The notes beneath the pieces were generated by a model, which saw only the letters and a list, made by a program, of their open reading frames with translations, did not search any database and was not told where the DNA came from. DNA of 64,000 bases, taken from positions 310,001 to 374,000 of the forward strand of contig QPMI01000408.1 of the NCBI GenBank assembly GCA_004431415.1, read 5' to 3'. Shown piece after piece: positions 1 to 13,563 of the stretch (positions within the stretch are counted from its first letter, which is position 1; the number at the start of each line of letters is the position of its first letter). A program made the translations under genes and the position numbers. This DNA is from Cyanophora paradoxa CCMP329 (taxonomy: Eukaryota; Plantae; Glaucophyta).

Positions 1-1011
1 AACGTTTACGCTCGCGTCGATGCAGCGTACCAGGCCAGGGGCTGGGCTTACAACACGGTGAATTGAAAGACCCATGGCCATCTATAGCTTCGATGTCCGA
101 TGATCGATGCGTTGAAGTTTTCTTGACCGGGCCCCGGGCGCGGGCGCGGCGCGCAGGGCAATATCGCCCAGTGCAGCGGCACCTGCTACGGAGCCAAGTC
201 GACCAACGACTGCTACGTGCGCCGCGTGCTCCTAGAGCTCTATGTTGATTCGAGATCTCGATCTAGACCTGCAGTCGTCTAGCTAGAACTGATGTTTATA
301 CGTACTTATACGCAATATGCGCGCAGACCTGCGCGCAAGTCAAGACAGGTGCGAACACGATCGGAATTTGAAAATCGGATCACGATCATGTCGTTGGCGT
401 TTACGCTCGCGTCGATGCAGCGTACCAGAACAAGGGATGGGCTTATAACGCGGTGAGTTAAAGAACCATGGCCATCGATTGCTGCGCCAGCTCTAGCTAG
501 CCGTGTAGTGTATAACTTAGTAAAAATGGAAGTACCACAAAAACATGGATACTATATATGATATATAGAATCTGACGTCGACCCATATAATGTTTCCATC
601 ACGGTCATGACGTATATAACACGACGCGTGCGCAGGGGACCTTCCGTCAGTGCCCCGAGGTTGGCGGCGCCGCCGGCGCTAAGCTGCATGAGCTTGGATG
701 ATCGTGATCACGAGCGCGCGCGTGCGCGTGCGCAGTACAACGGCCCCGCGCAGCTGGACGAAGAGATCCAGGATGTGTCGGAGATTGATGTGCGTGCACT
801 CAAAATAATCGCAATGCGCTATCCGCCCTTCGAATATGCTCTTTGATGTACATAAGAATGGCCCGGCCTGACGTACGCGTTGTAGTCTTTTACTTAACTG
901 GACCGTCCGCAGGAGGACTATCTGGATGCGGAGATGGACGCCGCGGACGACGCGCTCGAGTTCGTCGCGGATGCCGCCACCGCCGAGGCCTTCGCCGACT
1001 TCTCCGAGTGA
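1..1011 (+). CDS. 3' part of a multi-exon Cys-rich protein with an acidic C-terminal tail (probable paralogue of 20235-22131)
   Basis: Short exons between AG and GT read NVYARVDAAYQARGWAYNT and GNIAQCSGTCYGAKSTNDCY. The final exon 913-1011 reads EDYLDAEMDAADDALEFVADAATAEAFADFSE*. The first exon is duplicated at ~397-480. The gene start lies outside the window. Confidence 0.55.
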
Positions 1012-1749
1012 AAGATATACACCGTGATCAATATCGCGATGCACGAGTCAATGATCGATATCACGTACGACGTCGACGTCCGCTAGCGGCTGCCGCAGTG
1101 CGGTCGACTCGGCGACGCGACTCGACGATTCGAAAATCGATCGCCATTTCGAATTCATGCAGGTTTAGATATCGATGTACCGCGGCCGAATACTTATGCA
1201 TCATGGCATTCGAAATTCTGGTCGCTCTGGCTGGACTATATACATAAACCAGGGGGGGGGGAGGGGGGGGGGGGGCCTTATTGAGAGACCAACGCGTGTT
1301 TGGTTTTCAAAAAACAATTTTTGGAATAATGATTGTGGTGGAAATGTACAATCGTGAGATATCTATCTCGGCGCGGGGGTTGGAGGTATGTACAATTGCA
1401 ATCTACCTTGAAAGATATTAATGTTTCCAACGCTACAGCTAAAGTTCAACGTTGACTTTGATGGGACTCATGGGAGCCGCGGTCTGTACTGGGGGGGCGC
1501 TAGCTATTAAGTTTGTTGGCTGTACATGTCTCTGAACACCTGACGTCGAATCGCGATCTAGTCTTCCGGGGCTTGTACTTGCCGTTGGCTGCCGCAGCAA
1601 ACTAGGTATGAGCTCATATTCTGGAAATGATGCAGGCTCGTAAATCGAGACGAAGACATGCTGCTGCGCGTGTGGCATGGCCGGACACGGCTCATGCGCT
1701 TCCTGGCCGTGCGTATGCATGTGGGCTCCCATCGACGCGTACGATGGCG

Positions 1750-4700
1750 TCAACGCTGCAGCTGCTTCAAGCGCCTTGGATCTTCTACGTCGAGAAGCTC
1801 TCGAACGTATTCTGGGTAAAGCTTGAGGTCAGGCGAAGCTTTCGTAACGTTCATATCGTTTTCATGAAGAAGCTTTAAAAAAGTCATGATCAGGCGACGC
1901 ACTTGCAAGCGACGATTCCTGACACCACAATCCCCAAGACAACCGCTCCAACCGCTGGAATCGATTTTGTGAGTAGAAATTTGGAAAGACGCAATCTAGA
2001 TCTAGAGTTTTAAGTAGCTATATATAGAACATTCTTTGCGCGCCCATCGCGATTGGAAAGCTTGAGCTCGAGCCGCCATAAGAGCTTGAAGAGGATGTGC
2101 TGCGGCTTGTTCCCTGTCCCGCCGCCGCATACATCCCGGCGCTGCCTTCGCTGACAACGCTGACGGGTATCGTGCGCGTCGCGGAAAGGTACGAGCTATC
2201 TTCAGCCCGGATGATGAGCTGCGTGCTTCCCTCCAATGAATTCGAAGTCGGACCTGATCATGAGCGCGTTCGATAAATGAAATAGGAACGAATATGAACA
2301 TTTTCCCTTGCCTTGCAGTGTGAATCGATAGCTCGTCGAAGAACTTGAAGCTGTGTGACGCCTTCTTGCTGATATCGATGAAAGAAACTGTGCATTAAAC
2401 CCGAGCACGGTATGAAGCACCACGCTTCACTGCGCTCACCTGACATTGACACAGTGAAGCTCGGATTAGAAGAAATGACCACTGGAGGTGCCACAGTACA
2501 ACCTTCGTTCTGGGATTGCACCTGTTTTATTTTGCATTCAATCGGTAAAACGAAAAAGACGTCAACGCGATAAAGCGCAATTGAGAGTACTTCGACAATT
2601 GCGCACGGTAACGGCAACAGTCGGGAGCGGATTGCCCCTGACAACCTGAATGGCTGTGGTGCTAAGCGACACCGCTGGAGCTGATCAGATGATTTAATTT
2701 AGAAGTCGCAATGTCAGCTGCAGGTTTTCAGGGATTGGGCAAAAATTAGAGTCGGACCTCGTACGATAAGCGAGCTTCCGGCCACCCACGAACGCTCAAT
2801 CAGCGTCTCCGAATCACTTCTCCATGCTTCCCAAAATGTGATTCCAAGTCGGGAAAACTTGTGCCTTCCGAACTGAATCTTCAGGTCGGGCGCCGACGAT
2901 AATGAAGCCGAAACATCGAGGTCTCCCGCGGAATTTGTTAATCCCTGCATGCCCGACCAGCATTATCAATCTAGATCTGGTATATCTGGCAGACAGTTGC
3001 ACCGAAGTCTCACTTACTCTGGCATTGACTTTATAGTTAATAGCGGCAGTCGGGCCCGCATAGAACAGTCCAAATACGTCAATGTTAAAGTCAAACCCGA
3101 GGCCGACGATAGCTGATGCACCTGTTCGATATCGCGATCGGATTTTAACATTCTCGCGTGCGCCGATGACATATGCATGCATTAAAAGCGCACTCGACAA
3201 CTGATCAATAGTAAACTTTAGCGGGCGACCTGAGATCCTCGGTGAGAAGGCGCGGATGCGTTTCCAGCCGCCGTTACTGTAATCTTTGGGATTATAGTAA
3301 GCGATACCGATCTCCGCATCTTCGATCTGAAATGAAGGATTCAAGTAATCAAAAATAATGCTAATCAGATTGATGAAATATTGTAAAATTGGAAACGGGG
3401 TAGGGCCCCCGTTTTCGGTAACTTACGAAATGACGGTCCTGCTCATCTCCCGATCCAGCTCCGAGCTCTTGACCGAGTGCTAGTGCATGCATGAGAGCCC
3501 GGAATTCGTTGTCAGAACCCGGAAAGAGCGGAATGCTGCGCGGAAAAAAGGACCGGATCCTTTTCTGGACTATCCCTTGCAGCGCCTGATCCTGTGGTCG
3601 TATAGGGGCCGGACCAAGTGCATAAGAAAGCTCTTGCGATGCTCAGCAAAGCTTGTCATACATGCAAATGCTCGGGAAGCAGCGCGTGGCGCGCTAGGCC
3701 GCATCAAGTACCTGTTGTACCGAATGCGGAAAAAAAGCGCTCCTGAGAGTTTGTGGCGATTGCTGGGTACAAGCGCACGATTTAGCCGTCAAGCTAGCCG
3801 AGCAGGCTCGATAGCTGGCCAGCGTAGCTCAGCGGCTAGCTAGCCGACAGCCGCGCTAGCTGGCCAGCAAAGCTAGCTATAGCTGAGGTCGGGCTAGCGG
3901 CTTGCTGGACTTGGCCATGGCGCGCGTGCACGTGCACGTGGCGTCGCCGCGCCAGCGCCGCGGCGCGCTAGCGCTAGCCTCAGGGCCTAGGCCTGCATGC
4001 AGCTGCGCATGCAGTGCGCATGCAGGCGCGGCGGCAGGCGCGGGCCGGCGCCCGGGCGCGGCGCGCCCCTCGGCGCCGGCGCCCTCGCTTTCGAATTCCC
4101 TACTAGCCTAGTAGGCTACCCCGTTTCCAACCGGCGGCCGGCCCATGGCCAGTCAGAGCCCGAGCAGAGGCCGCCGCGTGCTAGTATTGTACGATACTTT
4201 GCATACCTGGACACCAGCGCCCACCAGCGCCTGGCCTTTAAGATCGCTTTGCATCTCCGCGCGCAGCACGGGTGTAATTGATCCCGAAATAGGAACCAGA
4301 ACACTCAGGATAGATATTTTCTCGCTCGAGCGCTTCCTCGCATCTGTCAGGCGGTATTCGTTTTTGAAGTTCGGCTTGTCGAATCGCATGTCGAAATCGA
4401 AGTTCATGCCCAGCGTTCCACCAAGCGCTAGCTTCATATACTGAACTCGAGGACTCCAGCTGAAGGCCTCAACATCGAGTTCGAAAATGATGCGTGATGA
4501 AAGCTTAAAGTAGCATCCAACACAATCGATGTTTATGCCGTTTTCCTTCATCACAGGGTATGTCCCCTGCAGAGCTGCTCCTGTGGCTGAGTCGTAGTTC
4601 CAGCCCCAGCCTGTCAAGGGAATGTCCGTCTCCAGTTTCAAATTTCGTCTGTTCATCCTTCAGCAAAGAATAAACAGGTTTGATATGAAGGCAAAGAAAA

Positions 4701-5664
4701 AAGAAACGAATGAGAACGCTGGAACCTTTCTGTCCCGTTTTGAGATCGATGAGGTTGAGTATCGCTCATTTCTCCGGGGAATCCAGATCTAGAGCTAGCT
4801 CGGGCGTTAATTTCTTCCGAGTACAGACGCACCGAAAGGTTCGAAAAGCACGTCTGCATGCGCATCCGAAAGGTTCGAAAAGGTTCTGGTGAGAAGGATG
4901 TATACGCATCCGGATCCCATGAGAACGATGAATCGGTCCGCGCGCACCAAAGGCGAGAGAATTTGGGCATTTGTTGTCACAGAGATGAGATTCTGTACGA
5001 CATCGAAGCGGCGATCGATCACTTGGAACACGAAAGGCTGATCCTTTCCGTCGATCTCGCAGCCCCACTCGTCACCGCCAGCAATGAAAAGGCCTGTACT
5101 TGCTGTTGAGCGAGATGCAAGTTGAAGCTGCTGGTCCCAATCTCTCCACACGTCGTCAAGGCACTGGGCTGCAACAGTTACGAAGATTGCGGCACCGTCC
5201 TCCGAACAGTTTATTCCGGTAATCCGTTCGTCCAGGTCGAGAAGCAAAACTCCAGGCAGGAGCTGGGCCTGCGGGTTCGAACTTCAGCAAGCGTTTTTGA
5301 CGAGTGATCATGAACTTTTGGCTCCGAGGCTCACTGAATACTTCAGAGAAGTTGATTCTCCAATCTCGTTGCTTCCGGCGTAGTCGTTGATGAAGCGCGC
5401 GTCTGGACCCCAACGCTGCCCGGACTTGAGCGCGCATCTAGCTCCGGATCTGATCGTTTCGGCGGCTGCGGCGTCATCTAGTTCTGTCGAGCGGAGGTCT
5501 AGAGCGCTGGATCCGGGCTGCTGGCTGCTGCCACCACTTGATGCCCAGCCAGCATCCGCGCTGTGGAAGCGACCCAATCTGCTGGCAAAGTTCGGACGCG
5601 GGCCGGTACCGGTAGATCCAGAGCTTGAGGTTAACGTTGATGCCGTGATTGGGCTTGTCAGCAT
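1750..5664 (-). CDS. Multi-exon putative type-I membrane/cell-surface protein (beta-rich ectodomain, Ser-rich linker, TM helix, short tail)
   Basis: Co-oriented protein-like ORF pieces 5308-5916, 4807-5247, 4153-4656, 2814-3344, 2258-2644 and 2018-2236. Ser-rich GQGTSRSTSSSSSYGGSSSS is followed by hydrophobic IPAVGAVVLGIVVSGIVAC (~1905-1965). The last exon ends ...DPRRLKQLQR* at 1750. Start position uncertain. Confidence 0.6.
3389..4130. mobile_element. Possible MITE-like insertion inside the membrane-protein gene
   Basis: A perfect 15-bp inverted repeat TTGGAAACGGGGTAG (3389-3403) / CTACCCCGTTTCCAA (4116-4130) bounds a non-coding, palindrome-rich block between coding ORFs. No TSD seen. Confidence 0.4.
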
Positions 5665-7113
5665 TGCAATTATGCATACGCATACGTATACGTATACGTA
5701 TGCGTATGTGTATACGTGATGTACATGTTGCAAGCTTGAGGAACGTGCGCTACGCGTACGTATACGTATACGCCTGCAGCTGCGCAAGCAAGCACGTTTG
5801 CGAGAAGCCCCTAGAGCTATAGCTGGCAGCTCATGCATGTGCAAATGCGAATGTGCGCGTACGCATGCGCATATTTGGCAGATCATAAAGCAGAATTCGA
5901 AGGTGGACGTCGACACGGCTCGTACACATGTAGCTATACTCGACCAGCTAGCTATTTAGGCTAATATAGCCCGAGCCGTCGCATGTACAACACTGCCGCG
6001 ATCGCACGGGGGCAGCCTCTAGATTTGTACTGATCTGCAGCTGTACCGTAGTACTGAGATCTGTACTATAGCTAGCCGCTGAGCGCCGATATATATCGAT
6101 GATATCGATCCGGGTCCAGGTGCAGACTCCCGTATACAATATCAGTACCGCGTGCACGTGCACGTGTACTCGAGCTCTTGAGGCCCAAGTTGAGGGTCAC
6201 TGAGTCACGAGTCACGACTCACGATCACGATCGGATTCACTGAGGCCGAAAACCGGATACCGGCCGATTCGGTGGTTATCCAAGTCTCTTTCCGAACTCG
6301 GGACTTGAGTGTTCGGGTCTTTGCCGGGTCCTAGCATGGAATGTGGAGACTTGGAATCGAGCTCGATTCCACGAACAGTCACCAAGGCGATGAGCTCAAA
6401 ATTTTGACGCGGTTACTATGGCAACCGCGTCAGGGGCCCAACGACCGAAGCGACCAAGTGCCAAAAAAATGATGTCATGGCCCCTTCGGTCGTTAAAAAG
6501 TACCAGCTCTTTTGCATTGAGGGACTTGAGAAAGTACCGTCTCTAGCGTATCCGGTTTTCGGCCTGAGTCACGACTCTTGAGGGTCCTGCCGCGACTCGT
6601 GCGGCGGCGCACTGCGCCGCCGGGCCGTGAGCCCGTGACTGCCCGGCGGTGCCCGCCGGGCCCGGCCCCCCGCCGCGGCCCGCCGGGCCGGCGCAGGGCT
6701 CGGGCGGCCGGCCGGGCGGCCCGGCGGCCCGCGGCGCCGGCGGGCCCCACTGGCCCAACTTGCCAAGTTGGCAATTGCAATTTTGCAACGTCCCCCAAGA
6801 TCGCCGATCGGGTCTGACGGGTGACGCGAATCAGTCACACGATACGTCACATTCGGGCGTCACCTTCGAACACGCCGTCACAGTTAATTTCCGCCTATAA
6901 AGTACATTATAATTAAGATTATTATAAGAACGAAAAAGGCTCAGATAGGCTCCTGATCAGGCCTAGGTACTAGTAGGTGGTAGCGGATGATAAAAGTTCA
7001 TAAAACCCACCAATTGCAACTTTAAATTGGAAGATCGCGATCACGCCGTGACGATCGCGATCGCCGAGTCGCGCAGATCCGGTCATTGAATCGTCGGATA
7101 TCGATGATCGCTC

Positions 7114-7291
7114 AGAGTTGATTACTCCAGCAACGCGTGAGAGTAATCTGTTTTCTTTGAGCGAGGGACGGCAGAGCGCGAACGGCCAACCTCGAACCTC
7201 GCCCTTCGGCCCGCCGTACCCCCCGGGGGCTCGCCCCGGGCCCCTCGCAGTTGCCGCTACCCCGCGGGAGCGACAGCTTCGTCTTAGCCGG
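7114..7291 (+). repeat. Split direct repeat A1
   Basis: Near-identical to 13389-13563, differing only in G/C homopolymer lengths. Confidence 0.92.
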
Positions 7292-10200
7292 GCATTGCCA
7301 GCATCAGCAGTGCACCGAACGATACTAGATCACTGACTCGACCGTTCGCAGGTCGTCGAAGCGCGCCGACTCGCCGCCAACGCGGACGCAGGTCGCGCCT
7401 CGATCGGCAACACGCGACCTGCCTCCTCCTGGCACGAGCGGCACCCTTACTAATCATCCTCGCGCATGGCCTCATCAGGCCGCGAGCACCCGAGATCATC
7501 ATCGTCACGCCTCATCAACCGCCGGCGCCTCACGACGGCGGCCGAAGATCATCGTTGTTCGACGAAGATCCAGATCATCGATAACGACGCAGATCATCCA
7601 CGGTCGCACGCGACCGCCGCACGCGGCACCCCCAGCATCCAGCTCGCCGCAGGCACACGCGCACGCGCACACGCGCACACGAGCGACTCACGTTCGCCTA
7701 CTTTACGACAGATTCATCGATTCGGCAGGCCGAACTGCCGCTACCGCGGCTGGAGGCTCGAAGCGATTCCTCTTGATCGAAGTTCAGCGCTACGGCGGCA
7801 CACCATCAAGATTTTCGATCCCTTTCGATCGAATCGACCACGGTCGTTCACATTCCAGGACTGGAGGCCCCGGGCCCGTTCAGCGCCGCCTCGGGTCCGC
7901 TCAACGTACTACGGTACCACGCGCGTCCGGCCGTGTCCGCATGCACACGCCCGACCATATGCATGGCCACGAGCGCGGCAAGCGACTCCGTGGCGCACGA
8001 CCTATGGCGCACGGCGTACTGATTCCACCCACGCCTCAGAGTCCGCCAGACTTTGAAGTTCGCCTGAGTTCCTTCTGGATCCGGCCCGGACCGGCCGGTG
8101 CTCAGGACCTCCAACGACCACGTGATTCAGGCGCCGCCCGGGGCCCCGCGCCGCGTCCCGGCCTTTATTATCATCCGCTACTGGCCGCTAGCGCTGGGCC
8201 TCCGTAGCTCTTGTAGCGCCGGCGACGGCGCCCGGCGCTCGCGTTCTCTTCTCCGATCGAATTTCCTTATCATCAGTGTCTCTTTTCGGAGCGCTCCCTC
8301 AAGCCCTCTCTAGCCCCTTCGAGCTCTTTCTTTCTCTCTCGGCGCCAACAGCGCACGTGGACCGGCCAGTCTTCTTTTTCTTTTCTTCGCTTCCACCTCC
8401 GGTGGTCGGCGTCATGCGTTTCCATGTTGTTAGTGCCCGGTCTTGGACCGCATTGCAATTGCAAGCAGAAGTCATGACGCACGCGCGGCGGCCAACACAG
8501 ACTAGCATGGATTCTATATTTTCAGATCCGGAAGCTGAAGCTTAAGGGCACACTTGGCCAAGGGATAACATGCTTTCTTACGTCAACGATCTTCCCAGTC
8601 TACAGCTAGCGCTGCACGCGGCCCCGGGCCCGGCCAGGCCTAGGCGACCCCCCGGCGCGCGCGCACGGCATACGCGATATCATAGTATGCATGACATATA
8701 TTGCAATTGACTCCGAACTTCGGAAGTTTATCTCGACTTGCCGCAGTGCCGCGGCGGCCTGCCAGCGCCGGCCGCGCGCGGGCCGCCGGCGCGGCGCCGG
8801 CCCCGCCCTACTAGGCTATATATATAGCTATATAGCTAGGCCTACGTTCACGGCCGCGGTATACGTATCGAACCGGTCGCATCAAGCCGCTTAATATCTT
8901 CAAGCCGCTGATCATGATCATGATCATGATCATCTGCATCATGGCATCCACGTTAACGTTAACATTGACATCACTGCAGCTGCAGCTGCGCATGCAGATT
9001 CCAATGTACTTGCAATTGCTAGCGCTAGCCCTGCAGCTGCTCGTACGCGTGTATGATCCAGATCATCGGATCCGCACGCGAGCTTGCAATTGCCATGTTG
9101 AGCTTTAATTGTCGACGTCGAGCTAGCTCCGAATTTTCGAGTTGCGAATTAAATTTGTTGCGAGTCGCAACCGGCAACATGTACAACTTAGCAACGACTA
9201 GCGCGCATTTGGCTTCCGCGCGCGCACTCGCGGCCGGCCGCGGGGCCCGGCGGCTCGAGCCTCGGAGCTCGCGACCCTCAGGGCCTCGGCGACGTCGCGC
9301 GCGCCTTCAACGCCAAATTATCATATATAGTATATGATATATACAATCACACCTGGTGACTTGCAATTCAAGTCAAATGATTGCCCTAGGCCTCACTTTG
9401 CGGAGCTCGAGCGGCCGGTGGCCGAGGCTCTACGTATACGTCTACTATAGTAGCCGGCGCCAGCGCCCCGCTCGCGATCTGCACTAGCTAGAACGCGAGC
9501 CCGCGCGGGCGCCCGCACCGATGCAATCTGTTTGACAGCCTGTGACATGTACAGGACCGGTACCGGCCTTGTTTTTTCGACGGGAGCTCGAGCCAGCGGT
9601 CCGACGGTCTTTCCTAATTATAAGTGCCGACCGGCATCGATATCGATTCATCTTCATTTTCGGCAATTAATTTTTTTTTTTTCTCTCTCGACCGGAACCG
9701 GTGCCGCGCCCGGGCGGCCCCCCGGGCCGGCTAGCGCTGGCAAATTCGGAACCGGCACCGGCCGTCGAATTCGACACGTGACACGTGCACCCGGCCGCGG
9801 GGCCCTCATCACGCTTGCGCGCTCGAACCTGAATTACGTATACATGTTCATGCTCGCCCACCTCGGCCTGCGGCTTCAGATGTAGATATGTACTCACCAC
9901 CTCGCCTCAAGCGGCCCTGCGCATGCGCAATAGTGCCGCAGTATTATGGCTAGAGCACGTTTTTAAGGCGCGCGTGAGCGCCGCGCCTTCCAGACCGGCC
10001 ATGGCCAGCTGCCGCAGTGCATGCGCAGTTTCGCCAGCACGCACAATTTGCAAAAAAGGGATGACGAAAGGGATGACGCCCGCCGAACCCCGGCATCCGC
10101 CCCTTATATAATTATCTGCTTCATTATAAGACCCACGGCCGCCGGCCGCGGCCGCGCGGCCCTCCGCCGCCTCGCGCTCCCTCGATCGCTACCGTGAGAT

Positions 10201-11349
10201 TTACGTATACGGGCCTCACCAATTGCAAGTCAAACTCCGGCGCCGGGCCCCGGGCGCAGTGCGACGCGGGGGCCGAACTCAGCGCTCGGAACGATCGCGA
10301 GCTTATAATTTGAGCGCGACTCGCATTTACTTGGCGATCAACTGATCTTGCTACGTATACGGCGTCTCTAATATTAATTGCGTACTACGGTATATACGTC
10401 GGAGCTGCGGCCTGCCCTGGGCATGCCCACCTTTTACGCAGCTTGGGCACATCATGCATGGTCATGCGCGCCTTCACGATATATTGGCTCACCCTACTCG
10501 GCGAGGCCCTGCCAGCCTGGCCATGGGGACGTGGACACGTCTCCAAACAATCTTTCAAAAAAAAAAAAACCTTCATCGGCCGGCCTGGAAAATTGCAATT
10601 GCGGCTGCGCACCCGAGCTCGAAGCAGGCAATCCGAGGCACTGCGGCATATGATCGACGTACTGCGCATATGCATATGCATGCGCATGCCGCAGGACCCC
10701 TTCGAATCTCAGATCCGGCCGGCAGCGCGCGCCGGCCCCTCGCGAATCGAACTCGCGGCCGGACCACGGCTCGGCGGGCCCTCAGCTGGGATTTAATTTG
10801 GCGCCCGCTTAATTATATATATTACAACTTCGAATTCGAACTTCTTCACCATGCCAAACTAGCATGGCATATGCATTGGCCATGCATATGGCCAGGCATA
10901 TAGGCTGCAGCGCATCGACATATACATTTATTTCTTAAGCTAAGCTCGGATTTGAGCGCTAAGCTCGGATTTGAGCGCTGCACATCATGATCATGATCAT
11001 CGGATCATGCAGCCTGCAGCTGGCAGATACATACACACGGCATATATGCATGTGCATCGCGCTGTGACGTCAACGCCTTCGATTCGTTGGCACGACGCTC
11101 ATTATTTGAACTCGCCCCTCGCGATCGTGATCGCTGAGTCACACAGCCGCTGAGCCGGCGCCCCGGCCGCGGCCACCGCCGCGCGGCCGTCGCGCCCTTA
11201 GCCTTGGCCATGCATATGGTCCCTGTAACTATACAGCCAGGCCCCCGAAGCCAGCGGCTTCCATTAATATCCGGCGCCCGACTGCCCTATAGCTATAGGC
11301 CTTCCACGTGCACAGCTTTGCAATCGATCTCCACCTCTTGCGCTTTCGA

Positions 11350-12160
11350 ATCCCGCCTCTGGCGTTGAGCGCCGGCTCCCCGCCAGGCCGAGCACCAGAA
11401 ATCATCAATTCGAATGATCATGGGGACAGATGTGCACATGAATGCCGGCGCTAGCTGATCCGATGATCCGACGGTCCTCTTTTTATATATGCTGCCCGAC
11501 ACGCGCACGGATCCGGAGCCTTATATGACCCCGGCCCACGCGATCATCGGATATCAATCGCCTCGTATCCGGCAGTCACGTCGACGTCGTCGAGGCTGCG
11601 AGGCGGTACCTCATGATCAATCTTACTTGAAGGAACCGGCCTTCGAATTCTCGCCCTCTTGCACACCTACCAAGTCATACATACTAGTACGCTTGAGAGC
11701 GAGTCGGCATGACTATCGACTATATATCGGCTATCTTCCGAGTTCCGACGGCGCGGGCGGATATCGCGATCGATCCCTTCACGATCGTCAACTATCATCC
11801 GACGGGCGGCGCCGGCCGCGGCCATGCCACCGGCGCCGCGCGCAGCCGGAATTCTAAATCCTTATTCGCTCGCGCGATCATCGAGCATGCGCACGCCTTC
11901 ACGGCTTTTCGATCGACCGTCCGCTCCTCGCATGCGCATGCGCACCCCGGCGGGCGCCGGCCGATCGATATCACGATTGCGAGCCTTGAGAACTCATGAT
12001 CAGGGCCTCGACGTCTCGCCCCTGATTATGACGTTTTCGTGTGTGTATATGTGCTCAGCGTCTCAGCCGCGGCTCAGCGTCTGGCAAATTAATATTAACC
12101 CGGCGTCGAGCTCACGGCCCCTAGGCCTCTTCAAGGCTTTGCAAAATTGGCATACGTAAC
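11350..12160 (+). pseudogene. Possible degenerate tyrosine recombinase remnant
   Basis: Frame-broken peptides in YR-like order: LALSAG...RAPEIIN, YILVRLRASRHD, IDPFTIV, LFAR, LFKALQNW. They lie just upstream of the B1A2 repeat. Weak, by-eye similarity only. Confidence 0.3.
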
Positions 12161-13056
12161 GTAACCGCTTGCGCGTGGCTGGAACGCCACTAGCTGCGAA
12201 TGCTCCGGCCCAGCGGCCTTCGCTGCGCGCGAGCGGCGCGGCCGCCAACCGCCCCAATTCGCAACCGAGAGCGCAGCGTCTGAACTTCGAATTCAGAAGG
12301 CAGCTGCAGCCGTCACGCACCTCTGCAGCAGAATTTCGAATTCGAAGGCACCGTCCGGGCGGCGGCACCAGTGCTCAGCGGCTACCGTTCGCGCTGCATC
12401 TATGTATATTTTCATCTACGCCCGGCCCCAACGTTCTGCGATCGCGAGGGCGTAAACGTATTATTTTGTGGAGCGGGCCCACCGTGGCACGTGCACCTCA
12501 CGCTCGCGATCGATATCGGGCTCGCGACTCGGCGATCGCCTATCGCGAAGGCTCGTGCTCCTCATGATTATTAGCTTCCCGAGATCAGCTGCCGCAGTGC
12601 AGAAGTACTGCGGCATGGCCGGCTCGCAATCGGGGCCGGGTCCTCCCTTAAGCTTGACACGCCGCGACACGTGCATGGCGCTCTCCACCTCGTCCTGGTG
12701 CACGCGGCGCAGCCCGAGTCCGAGGCTCGATCGCCAGCTTGGAATTCCCGAGTCCGCCTCTTCTCCGTCACGACTGTGCATGCGTGATCCACGTACTACG
12801 GTAGCCTAGTAGCCCGACGGCTTGTCGTCCGACGGTCGCCCAGGGCTCACCGTTAATGTTCACTCTGCGTACGTGGGCCCTTGAGGGCCCTCCTCTCGTC
12901 GCACTGGCAACTCTTCGCCGGGGGATCTAAGCTCGAGCTCGCGATCGGCTCTGGCTCGGATCCGCAGTGTCGGACCCCGCGGCCGGCACCCTTCGCGTTC
13001 CCTGTGCATATCGAGTCGACGAGCTGCTGCTGATGCTGGCCCGAACCCCTGCCTGG

Positions 13057-13563
13057 CTTAGGGCGCTGTACCCCCCTCGAATCAGCGTACCCCTGCGGGC
13101 GCGATTCGTGTACCCGGGCAGCAATCGTGTACCCCCCCGGCACACGGGGAGCGAAGAGATATCCTCCCCAACCACGCCCTCGAGGCAATACGTGGTCTTC
13201 CTTTTCCGGCTCCAGGCCCCCTCTGGGTCGGCCCTCCTTTGGAGCCGCGCTGCTGCTGAGCCGCGGCCCAATGAGGCGCTACCCCTTTCTCTATTTATTA
13301 GCGCCTCCTTCCTTGATTGCAAGAAAGGCCGGCGGCTGCAAGGCGAGCCTTGGCCGACCGCGCGGAGCGCGGCCCGGAGATCCAAAGAAGAGTTGATTAC
13401 TCCAGCAACGCGTGAGAGTAATCTGTTTTCTTTGAGCGAGGGACGGCAGAGCGCGAACGGCCAACCTCGAACCTCGCCCTTCGGCCCGCCGTACCCCCGG
13501 GGCTCGCCCGGGCCCCTCGCAGTTGCCGCTACCCCGCGGGAGCGACAGCTTCGTCTTAGCCGG
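13057..13563 (+). repeat. Internal B1-A2 junction copy of the split direct repeats
   Basis: 13057-13389 matches 15686-16018; 13389-13563 matches 7114-7291. Confidence 0.92.
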
